From an uncultured Mollicutes bacterium (GTDB taxonomy: Bacteria; Bacillota_I; Bacilli_A; RF39; UBA660): a stretch of 64,000 nucleotides of DNA. Every line of letters begins with the position of its first letter. The first letter of the stretch is position 1. A program made the position numbers and the translations under genes. The stretch is from NCBI GenBank assembly GCA_900550145.1, contig URRF01000001.1, positions 19,886 to 83,885 of the forward strand, in the 5' to 3' direction. Below, one piece after another: positions 56,327 to 64,000 of the stretch. Under the pieces are notes generated by a model. The model was not told the DNA's origin and made no database searches. It saw only the letters and a list, made by a program, of their open reading frames with translations.

Positions 56327-57511
56327 TCAAATAAGATTTAATTTATGATTATAAGCAGCTACCATAGAAGCATTTTTTGGATCTTTAAACCAAGCAATAG
56401 CTTCTCCAGTATTAGCACCTATTAATTCTCCATCAGTAGTAGTAATATTTTGACTATATTGAGAACGAACTAACTCTCCACGGGCAATAAGTTTTTCAAT
56501 AACAGCCATAAGTTTAATATCCTTATTATATACTATTTTGTTGAATTTAACAGGTTCATTAGAACTAAATTTATCCAAATCAATTTCCTTATCAAGTTGT
56601 GGTCTATTCAAATAGGTAAGAACAGGTAAAGAATTAAGAACACAATATTGAATATAAACAGCTTCAAATAAAACACTATCGGCTATACAAGCAACATAAT
56701 TAGATTTTGCTTTATTAACTTCAAGTCTATATTTGCGAAGTTTATCAGCTTCTTTCTTATCATCTTTAAAATAAAAACGTATAGAAGTATCAGAATTAAT
56801 AATAGATATATCTTTTGCTACACTATGATACAACAAACAGTGTCTATACATAAGATAATCTTCTACATTAATAGGATAACCAACTTTATGTTTTTGAGAT
56901 TCAAGAAGATTAAGAGCATTAACTTTAGCTTTAATAGCTGCTTTAATTTCAACATCTCCTCTACGTGGAGCTTTTTGATAAGTCTCTTCGATAGCCTCTT
57001 CTTTAGCTTTAAATTTATAATAATCTTTTTTATGATAATAATAAAAACTAATATCAAACGTTTTTCCTAATTCATCAACAGGAATACGAATATTATTAAG
57101 ATATTGTTTTACTCTTAACATAAAAGAAGGATCATTAGGAGAAAGACCAACAAGATTTGGAAAATATGCGTTGACTTCTTCTTGATTAGCTGAAATAACC
57201 TTAGACGAATTAAAACAACTTCCAATATAATCAATACGTTTAGGAAGTACTTTATCATTTACTTTACGATATAGCGAAGTATTTTTAACAAGCATAATCG
57301 TTATAGAACGAACATCAGTATAAGGTTGATTTTCACTTAAATCTTCTCTGTCAGCACCTTTTTCTATATCAATCTTAGAAGTAGTAGGTTGTTGAATAGT
57401 ATTAACTACCTCTACAGGAGATTGAACAGAATCTTCAACTGTCTGTTTATTTATTTCGGTATTTGGTTTATTAAATCCAAATGTCATACCACTGTCAGAA
57501 CTATTTTGCAT
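56327..57511 (-). CDS. capsid-module protein (394 aa)
   Basis: ORF directly downstream of the MCP candidate, with a disordered S/T/Q-rich N-terminus. Contains the decayed motif copy encoding VQSPVE. Confidence 0.55.
   Translation of the reverse strand: MQNSSDSGMTFGFNKPNTEINKQTVEDSVQSPVEVVNTIQQPTTSKIDIEKGADREDLSENQPYTDVRSITIMLVKNTSLYRKVNDKVLPKRIDYIGSCFNSSKVISANQEEVNAYFPNLVGLSPNDPSFMLRVKQYLNNIRIPVDELGKTFDISFYYYHKKDYYKFKAKEEAIEETYQKAPRRGDVEIKAAIKAKVNALNLLESQKHKVGYPINVEDYLMYRHCLLYHSVAKDISIINSDTSIRFYFKDDKKEADKLRKYRLEVNKAKSNYVACIADSVLFEAVYIQYCVLNSLPVLTYLNRPQLDKEIDLDKFSSNEPVKFNKIVYNKDIKLMAVIEKLIARGELVRSQYSQNITTTDGELIGANTGEAIAWFKDPKNASMVAAYNHKLNLI
57409..57427 (+). repeat. decayed GC-rich motif copy (CCTCTACAGGAGATTGAAC)
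   Basis: Matches the 26518-26536 copy at 17 of 19 positions. Both differences are G-to-A and are synonymous in the sense strand, so it still reads VQSPVE. Confidence 0.5.
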
Positions 57512-57535
57512 ACGAATTAAATTTATAAATTAAGA

Positions 57536-59014
57536 TTACAATTCACACTTAATAAGGAACATCTTGGTAGAATTATTAACTTGAAGACCAAGAGAAGACA
57601 TAATTTCATATCTACTCATGTCTATTTCAGTAGAAATATAATTACTATCAGGAACTCCCCAAGAAGCAGGAATATCACTCATACCTTTAAACACTTTAGC
57701 TTTATAGATTTGTCCTTTACGACGAACAATACGAACATTACGTTCTCCATCATAAGAACTGAAATCAATAAAACATGCTTGATGAGAAGTAATAGGAAGA
57801 CCTGTGCGAGGATGAATTTCACCATTCTGTTTAGCAGCTTCTGCAATAGTTCCTTTATCGAAGAAAGAACAATGTTTAACTGTAACAGTATGACCTTCAA
57901 CAGTTTTATATTTACGGAAATAAGCACCATATTCAAGACCACCGCTCATTGTACCAATTTCTTTATCTCCAAGAGGGGTCAAGAAACCGTTTTGTTTAGC
58001 GTCCATTTTCATAGCGTCATCGAAATCTTCAATAAAGCCTTTACCTCCCATAAGAACAATATCCATAGTTCCACTATCAGTATCTCGATCAAGTACGTCA
58101 CCAACAATACGTTTAATCTTATTAAGAGTTAAAAATTCTCCATAAGTATCATAATTAGATTCACGACAAATCTCAAGCATACCAGAAGTATGAGGAATAG
58201 GTTTACCATTATCACGATCTTTAAGAGCAATTTCTCCATTCATATTGCGGTTATATTCAGCAAGCCAAAGACGTTCTTCATTCATAACACGCATATGAAT
58301 ATGGAATTGACGCATCTCTTCATTAATCCAAAGACGATTAGTAGTGCCATTATTGTCTTTAAATTCATATTCAGTAACAGTATTTGCCAAATTACCAGCA
58401 ATTTCTTTAGAATAACGATGGAACTCAAGTTGAGAAGTCATTTTACCTGGCCCCATAGAATTGCTTCTATTACCTTTAGAATATGATTCAGAAACAGTAG
58501 GAGCAGCCAAACTCCAATATTTACCAACAGCAAGCAATTCGTCAGAAATATAAGCATTAGGATCTGGATTAGTCAGCTTAATAAGATAAGCATATCCATA
58601 AGGAGATTCTCCGCGATCTTTTTGAATACGAACTTGAGTACGACCATCAGGTCCAATTAAACCATATTGTTCAATAAACCAATGAGTACTTGTATGAATT
58701 TCAACTTCAGCACCACCAAGACCCGGTTTTTTATCAGCAGGAATATCACAGTGTGTAATAAAATCTGTAAATTTCATACGACCCATAGTATTCCAAGTCC
58801 ATTGAACAGTAGGAACATCAACTGTACCAGCTTGTCCTTGACCTTCAGTCATAAATGTCAAAGGAAAACGGTCATCGTCCATACCATAGTTATAAGTAAT
58901 AAATCCATTTATTTCAGCAGGTTTTTGTAGCTGAAGATAAGAGATACTATCTTCATTAGAATATCCTCTATCATCATACTTTCCCTGCGAAAGTACACGC
59001 ATTTTGTAAAACAT
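57536..59014 (-). CDS. major capsid protein candidate (492 aa)
   Basis: Position (portal, scaffold-like ORF, then this ORF), size and locally higher GC fit a crAss-like HK97-fold MCP. The fold cannot be verified by eye. Confidence 0.55.
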   Translation of the reverse strand: MFYKMRVLSQGKYDDRGYSNEDSISYLQLQKPAEINGFITYNYGMDDDRFPLTFMTEGQGQAGTVDVPTVQWTWNTMGRMKFTDFITHCDIPADKKPGLGGAEVEIHTSTHWFIEQYGLIGPDGRTQVRIQKDRGESPYGYAYLIKLTNPDPNAYISDELLAVGKYWSLAAPTVSESYSKGNRSNSMGPGKMTSQLEFHRYSKEIAGNLANTVTEYEFKDNNGTTNRLWINEEMRQFHIHMRVMNEERLWLAEYNRNMNGEIALKDRDNGKPIPHTSGMLEICRESNYDTYGEFLTLNKIKRIVGDVLDRDTDSGTMDIVLMGGKGFIEDFDDAMKMDAKQNGFLTPLGDKEIGTMSGGLEYGAYFRKYKTVEGHTVTVKHCSFFDKGTIAEAAKQNGEIHPRTGLPITSHQACFIDFSSYDGERNVRIVRRKGQIYKAKVFKGMSDIPASWGVPDSNYISTEIDMSRYEIMSSLGLQVNNSTKMFLIKCEL

Positions 59015-59038
59015 AACTAAATTCTTTTTAAAATAATA

Positions 59039-60343
59039 TTAATAACTAAAATTAATATCTTTCTTTTGATTATTATTAGTAGGCTTAGTTACTCTATAAG
59101 AAGTAGACTTTTCTTTAGCTTTAAAGCGAAGTTTATTTACAGTAGCTTTATTGATAGCCATATCTACAAGATTAGAATAATTTCCACCAACAAATTTAAG
59201 ATAAGCACGAAGAATTTCATCATCTCTACGACTTTCAGGAGTTTCTTGTAACAAATCTTTTACATAAGCAGATTGTCCATTTTCATCAACTCGATAAATA
59301 TAATTAAAAAAGTCTTCTGGAGAAGCAGATATTTTCTCACCATTACGACTAATAATAATATTTTCGGGAATTTGATAGCCGGCAATATTACGATTTTTAA
59401 TTACATCATGCACACCATTCCAATATTTTTCAGTGTCAGCAATCCGTTTATCTTCAACTTCTTTAGCTCGTTTTTCCATTTCTTCTTTATAAGCTCTATC
59501 AGATTCTTGTAAACCTTCAAGCTCTTCTTTTGCAATAGCGGCTAAAGTACCGTTAGATTTAAGATACGCAATATAGTTATCTACATTACCTTTTCTTCCT
59601 TGTTCACTCCAAGCAGTTCTAATAATATATTCTTGTTGTGCTTCATTAGCATCATCAATTGTAATTCCACTTCTATCAGGAATTTCTCCAAATCCTTCAA
59701 GAGAATTACCATTAGCAATATAATAATTTAGTACATCATTTAAAATAGGATAACGTTGATATAATGTGTTGATAGCAGTTTCGTAATGCTCTTCTTTAGC
59801 AGCTTCTATGACTGCATTCATATAAGATTTAATTCCATCTACTGTATTTTCAAATTCAACAGGTTTATCATTTTCATCTGTAACAGTAATTCCTATAGCA
59901 TTTTGAATACTTTGAATATTTAATTCTTCAGTATCATCATCAAGTTTATCAAGCCCTTCAAGAAAAGACTTAACATCTTTAGCTTCTTTAAATATATTTC
60001 CAGAAGTATCTACAAGATTACCTTTATCGTCTACAGTATAAGAATTATTTCCAATTTCTACAACATCTCCTTGCGATAATTCGGAATCATCATTGTTGGT
60101 ACTTTTATTGTCACCACCATCATTTCCTTTGTCATTACCTTTGTCATCATCATTATTATTTCCTTTGTCATTATTATTGTTACTATTATCTCCATTATTA
60201 ACATCATCAAGATTAGTAGTATCGTCATCTGGAGCTACAGTTTGATTAGTAATATTAGTAACATCATTTCTTGTGTTATTCACATCGCCAGAACCGTCAT
60301 TATTACCGGTTTGCACTTGGCTATCACCAAAACTAAAATCCAT
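59039..60343 (-). CDS. scaffold-like acidic coiled-coil protein (about 434 aa; listed ORF extends to 60388)
   Basis: Lies between the portal and MCP candidates. N/D/K/G low-complexity N-terminus (NNNDKGNNNDDDKGNDKGNDGGDNK) and a coiled-coil E/K-rich C-terminal half. Met16 (MDFSFGD) is the preferred start because the first 15 codons are hydrophobic. Confidence 0.45.
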   Translation of the reverse strand: MDFSFGDSQVQTGNNDGSGDVNNTRNDVTNITNQTVAPDDDTTNLDDVNNGDNSNNNNDKGNNNDDDKGNDKGNDGGDNKSTNNDDSELSQGDVVEIGNNSYTVDDKGNLVDTSGNIFKEAKDVKSFLEGLDKLDDDTEELNIQSIQNAIGITVTDENDKPVEFENTVDGIKSYMNAVIEAAKEEHYETAINTLYQRYPILNDVLNYYIANGNSLEGFGEIPDRSGITIDDANEAQQEYIIRTAWSEQGRKGNVDNYIAYLKSNGTLAAIAKEELEGLQESDRAYKEEMEKRAKEVEDKRIADTEKYWNGVHDVIKNRNIAGYQIPENIIISRNGEKISASPEDFFNYIYRVDENGQSAYVKDLLQETPESRRDDEILRAYLKFVGGNYSNLVDMAINKATVNKLRFKAKEKSTSYRVTKPTNNNQKKDINFSY

Positions 60344-60490
60344 AATAGTTATTATTTTGTTATAGTTTACTATCACGAATATAAGCACAAACTATATCAT
60401 AAACAATATTTATTTCAAAAACAAGAACAGTATAATCGTCAGTAACTACAATATTATTTATACTGCTTATGTTATATAAGCTATTTTTGA

Positions 60491-60504
60491 AGCTATTTTT
60501 AGCT
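60491..60504. promoter_or_regulatory. AGCT-N6-AGCT mini-palindrome, copy M8 (AGCTATTTTTAGCT), preceded by an extra AGCT at 60479
   Basis: Read on the minus strand it is AGCTAAAAATAGCTTCAAAAATAGCTTATATAAC, about 100-150 nt upstream of the scaffold-like gene start. Confidence 0.4.
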
Positions 60505-60559
60505 TGATTTTTATTTACATTGAACATTCGGTAACATTGAAAAAGAAAGCCTAAATTAT

Positions 60560-60573
60560 AGCTAAAAACAGCT
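60560..60573. promoter_or_regulatory. AGCT-N6-AGCT mini-palindrome, copy M9 (AGCTAAAAACAGCT)
   Basis: Lies 69 nt from M8 with opposite core polarity. It is the reverse complement of M1/M4. Confidence 0.4.
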
Positions 60574-60590
60574 ATTTATGAATATAATTT

Positions 60591-60632
60591 GCCCTATTTT
60601 GATATATCGTTTTTGATATATCAAAATAGGGC
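60591..60632 (-). other. perfect 18-bp hairpin downstream of the portal gene
   Basis: GCCCTATTTTGATATATC (60591-60608) / GATATATCAAAATAGGGC (60615-60632) with loop GTTTTT. Lies 28 nt after the portal stop. No clear U-run follows on the minus strand. Confidence 0.6.
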
Positions 60633-60659
60633 AACAACATAACTAACTATATCAATAAC

Positions 60660-63089
60660 TTACTTTTTACTCTTAGATTTACCTTTAAAATCATATCTAT
60701 TTTTATTCTCTTTAGCAATCTTATATTTAGTATCAATATCATGCATTTTAACTTGTCTATCACGTTCTTTATTGACCATATCTAATAAAGTCTTTTGTTT
60801 ATCTAAAGCTACTTTATCTTGTTCAACTCTTGAACGAGCTTCATTAAGTCTATCAATACCAGCTTCTTTATTAGCACTGCTAACTTCAGCATTATAACTT
60901 ATCATATTAGCGTCAGCACGAATAAGTTCAATTTGTTGATCAATATAACCTTCAAGTTCTTTAGTCTTTCTATCTTCTTCTCCTTTAGCTGCAATCTTTT
61001 TAAGTTCAAATTCTTGACGCATTTGTTCAGTTTGTTGTTCCATTTGTTTAAGTTGTTGTTCATGAGCGTCTTTTTCTTCTTGAAACTTCTTAATAAGTTT
61101 ACTAATAGCAGCAACATTATCTCCAGTAATAGCAGCAATTGCCATCATACTATCACCATTTTGAGAAGCATTAAACGCAAATTGTTTAAGTTGATTAAGT
61201 TTTTCTTGTTCTTTAGTAGAATTTTTAGCTTTAATAACGTAATCAGCATATATATGTTTATCTACATCAAGACTAATATACTTTAATTTATCGTCTGCTG
61301 AATCTCTATATGCGGTATCAAGACCATCAATCCATGCAAGTTTAGAATAATCCATATCTCGATTATAATCATAACTTCGAAAATTATCCATCATAAATTC
61401 TATAATAACACTACCCATACTACCTCTAATAATAGCTTCTTCAGTAGATGCTTTTCCAGCATAATTACTGATTTCACCATAACGTTGAGGCGTCATATCA
61501 ACTTGCATATTTGCAGTCTGTTGAATTTCATTAAGTAAAGTACTTAATTGAGCAATATAATCTCCAAAAGAAGCAGTAAGCATACGAACTTGTTGTGCTC
61601 TAAGCATACCTTGATCATTTTCATCATCAATATACAAAATACCATCAGCAAGCATTCGATAAATAGTTTCTTCAGGATATTTACCTAATAAAGATTTAGC
61701 TATCATAAGAATATTAAGTTTATTTTTAGCAATAACCATTTCTCTATGATAAGCTACAATATTATAAAATACTTGAAAAGGAGTAACTATATCTACAATA
61801 CTAAATTTTCCAAAACCCGGAAGAATTTCATTAATACCATTATAAGGTAATTTTCCATTACGATTATAAGCTATAGCTCTTGCTCCATAAGGATAAATTG
61901 CATCATGTCTTCCACCAATACGAACACTTTCATAAACTTGTGGTTCATACACATATTCTAATGAAATATCCCCCGTAGAGACATTAAGTACATAATCATC
62001 ATTCTCAACTCTACTATCTATTAAACCAGCTTCATTAACAAACGTTACAATAGCTCTTCTTACTTCACCTCTCCAAACTACATGCCAAACATCATACAAA
62101 TCCATATTATAATCTCTTTGCATATTAGGAGAACGTCTAAATAGTTCTCTATCAGCTATACTATATTTTTGACAAACATCTGGAAAATAACTTTCATAAG
62201 TTGAAAAAACTAAATCTTTAGTATTAGCTGGAGAATGTTTAGCATAATAAGTATTAAGAAAATCTCGTTGTTTATCGTCAAGATAATCATCAAATTCATC
62301 AATAATTTGTTGATAAGACATTTTACGTCTACAAGCAAACATGTCATCGTTTTCTCTAAAAGGACTATCTGTATTAATAGGATAAGCGTCTCTCGGAGAA
62401 ACATTTCGTTTAACTAATTTTGTACCAACAACATCAGCATAAGTATAACACTCACCAAAACTTACAAAATCAAAATATGCTCTTGCATAAAATATTTTAT
62501 CATCAGTAATATCTCGAATTACATTAAGAATCTCTTGAGCTTGTGCAGATATATCATCTACGTAATTCTCATTAAATTCTTTTGTAAAAGCTTCAACATC
62601 AATAGAATCTTGAGGATTAAATTGTTGAGGATCATTACCTCCATTAACCCATTCTTGATAACTTTGCTGAATACGAGCAGCAATACGTTGTTGAACAAGT
62701 AAAGATAATTCTTGCCTAAGTTTACGATTACGGGCAAGCATTACTTCTGGATTATTAGCTCCTACAATAAAATCATGAGGGTTCTTAATATATTCACTAA
62801 CATATCTTCTTATAATACCTTTCATTAAATCATAATTACGCATAGTAGCAGGAAAACGTTTAAATTTCTCTTGAGTAGCATTATAAGGATTTAATATCTT
62901 TTTATAAAATTCATCAGGAATATTACCATTAAGAATAGCATATTTTATTTCTATTTCTGAATTATCGCCTCTATTAGCAATACCTTGAGCTATAATCCAA
63001 TCACAACAATTAGCTGCCCAAGCAGCATCTTTTTTATCACTTGGAATACGTTGTAAAGGAAAATCAAATTCTTGTACATTACTTCTCAT
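60660..63089 (-). CDS. portal protein candidate (809 aa)
   Basis: Immediately downstream of the TerL-like ORF. Its size and long coiled-coil, K/E-rich C-terminal extension fit crAss-like portals. This is mainly by synteny. One GC-rich motif copy (VSTGD). Confidence 0.55.
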   Translation of the reverse strand: MRSNVQEFDFPLQRIPSDKKDAAWAANCCDWIIAQGIANRGDNSEIEIKYAILNGNIPDEFYKKILNPYNATQEKFKRFPATMRNYDLMKGIIRRYVSEYIKNPHDFIVGANNPEVMLARNRKLRQELSLLVQQRIAARIQQSYQEWVNGGNDPQQFNPQDSIDVEAFTKEFNENYVDDISAQAQEILNVIRDITDDKIFYARAYFDFVSFGECYTYADVVGTKLVKRNVSPRDAYPINTDSPFRENDDMFACRRKMSYQQIIDEFDDYLDDKQRDFLNTYYAKHSPANTKDLVFSTYESYFPDVCQKYSIADRELFRRSPNMQRDYNMDLYDVWHVVWRGEVRRAIVTFVNEAGLIDSRVENDDYVLNVSTGDISLEYVYEPQVYESVRIGGRHDAIYPYGARAIAYNRNGKLPYNGINEILPGFGKFSIVDIVTPFQVFYNIVAYHREMVIAKNKLNILMIAKSLLGKYPEETIYRMLADGILYIDDENDQGMLRAQQVRMLTASFGDYIAQLSTLLNEIQQTANMQVDMTPQRYGEISNYAGKASTEEAIIRGSMGSVIIEFMMDNFRSYDYNRDMDYSKLAWIDGLDTAYRDSADDKLKYISLDVDKHIYADYVIKAKNSTKEQEKLNQLKQFAFNASQNGDSMMAIAAITGDNVAAISKLIKKFQEEKDAHEQQLKQMEQQTEQMRQEFELKKIAAKGEEDRKTKELEGYIDQQIELIRADANMISYNAEVSSANKEAGIDRLNEARSRVEQDKVALDKQKTLLDMVNKERDRQVKMHDIDTKYKIAKENKNRYDFKGKSKSKK
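61969..61980 (-). repeat. GC-rich motif copy (TCCCCCGTAGAG)
   Basis: Exact 10-mer, inside the portal candidate. Sense reading VSTGDI. Confidence 0.9.
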
Positions 63090-63105
63090 ATAATTATATT
63101 ATTAA

Positions 63106-64000
63106 TTAAAACCACGGTCTTGATAATATATTACTATCATAATCATCAATATTTTCACTATTAAGTTGCTTTCGATTACTAAGTTCATCTTGCGCTTTAA
63201 GATTCATAGCTTTCCATTCAATTCCTCTAAGAAGCATAGAAGAAACACGGTCATAATTACCTTTAACACTCCATTTCTTTAATTCAAGAATAGTTTGATA
63301 ATCATATATTCTATGAAAATTTCTTAAAGTATTTCCAAATTCATCTTTACCAATTTCTTCATAAAGAAATTCTTTAGTAAGACGAATACAATCTAATTTA
63401 TGTTGTTCACCAGAAATGTTATAACCATAAGTAGTATTAATTTTTCCTTTAAAAGTAGGGTCAAAAACTTCTAATGGTTCGCAAGATAAATACTTTAAAG
63501 CATTCCATTTACGAAAATTAGAAACAGTTTCACCTCGGTTTACTTCGACATTAGTTGTCCCAATACAATTGTAATATTTAGCTAAAAGATAACATATTCT
63601 ATCGGCTTCTTCAAGAGTATCAGGGCGACCATAATAAGTACAAACAAGTTTTTGTTTAAAACCGTTAAGATAATGAGGATTTTGCCAAACCATAATACTA
63701 TTATGAGAATGTTTCATAGTAACCTCATCTTTATTTTTATTAACGCCTACAGGGTCATAATTAATACTATATAAACCAACAGGTATTTCTTTTATTAATG
63801 CTCCATCAGCTCTTTTAGTTTCAACATATTCTGGAGTAAACCAACGTCTAACACAACCATGAGGATCTTCATGCCCTCGTCTTGGAACGCCTACAATATA
63901 ATCGTAAGTTTTCTTATTTTCAGAATGTAATTTAGCATTACTTTTAAATATTACTTTATCTTTTTCGTCAATTTCAAGATTACCATCTACATAAAAATGT
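63106..64000 (-). CDS. terL: terminase large subunit candidate, C-terminal part (5-prime end outside the window)
   Basis: The frame stays open from the listed Met (63717) up to the window edge (hand translation ...FYVDGNLEIDEKDKVIFKSNAKLHSENKKTYDYIVGVPRRGHEDPHGCVRRWFTPEYVETKRADGALIKEIPVGLYSINYDPVGVNKNKDEVTMKHSH...). It is directly upstream of the portal candidate. Assigned by position. Confidence 0.5.
   Translation of the reverse strand, partial: HFYVDGNLEIDEKDKVIFKSNAKLHSENKKTYDYIVGVPRRGHEDPHGCVRRWFTPEYVETKRADGALIKEIPVGLYSINYDPVGVNKNKDEVTMKHSHNSIMVWQNPHYLNGFKQKLVCTYYGRPDTLEEADRICYLLAKYYNCIGTTNVEVNRGETVSNFRKWNALKYLSCEPLEVFDPTFKGKINTTYGYNISGEQHKLDCIRLTKEFLYEEIGKDEFGNTLRNFHRIYDYQTILELKKWSVKGNYDRVSSMLLRGIEWKAMNLKAQDELSNRKQLNSENIDDYDSNILSRPWF

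Noticed and set aside
60344-60388. First 15 codons of the listed 449-aa ORF (MLIFVIVNYNKIITI).
   Set aside because: A hydrophobic leader is unlikely for an otherwise acidic, scaffold-like protein. Met16 (MDFSFGD, nt 60343) is the preferred start, although the longer form cannot be excluded.
1603-61980. CRISPR array, solitary CRISPR repeat mimic or diversity-generating retroelement as an explanation for the repeated motif.
   Set aside because: There is no regular repeat-spacer periodicity. The only similarity to CRISPR repeat 3-prime handles is the common AT-rich ATTGAA(C) tail. There is no reverse transcriptase and no TR/VR pair of about 100 bp with adenine-specific differences. A search of the motif against host CRISPR repeats is still worthwhile.
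1-64000. Stop-codon reassignment (TAG or TGA recoding), which is known in some crAss-like lineages.
   Set aside because: Multi-kilobase ORFs (13.6, 6.5, 4.8 kb) are uninterrupted under the standard code, and gene packing is tight with normal stops. There is no sign of in-frame TAG or TGA clusters splitting obvious genes.

Overview
Strongly AT-rich (about 70% A+T by eye) dsDNA phage segment whose gene content and order match a crAss-like (Crassvirales) Bacteroidota phage. Positions 1-10.6 kb are a + strand block of small, tightly packed genes. It includes an ATP-dependent DNA-ligase-like gene, a dNMP-kinase-like gene, a ThyX-like gene, a Gp157-like gene flanked by two paralogs, a DUF932-like gene and a clear dUTPase. 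A bidirectional terminator at about 10.68-10.72 kb separates this from a 53-kb minus-strand virion block. Read right to left, that block holds TerL (truncated by the window edge), portal, a scaffold-like ORF, an MCP candidate, head/tail/fibre genes and a small membrane/HTH cluster. It ends with a run of very large proteins of 1592, 734, 913, 2178 (HExxH) and 4539 aa. The 4539-aa protein carries a DFDVD motif like the DxDxD catalytic motif of crAss-type virion RNA polymerases. I found no rRNA, tRNA, CRISPR array, integrase, transposase or reverse transcriptase. The most unusual signal is a GC-rich motif (core CTCTACGGGG / CCCCGTAGAG). It has 15 strong copies on both strands: inside 9 different genes, where it is translated three different ways, and as the two termini of a 122-bp intergenic inverted-repeat element. 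Some intragenic copies also share extra flank with the arms of that element, and orientations alternate along the genome. A second, separate motif (AGCT-N6-AGCT mini-palindrome) is confined to intergenic regions and looks regulatory. All functional calls rest on by-eye motif recognition and synteny, and none is verified by search.
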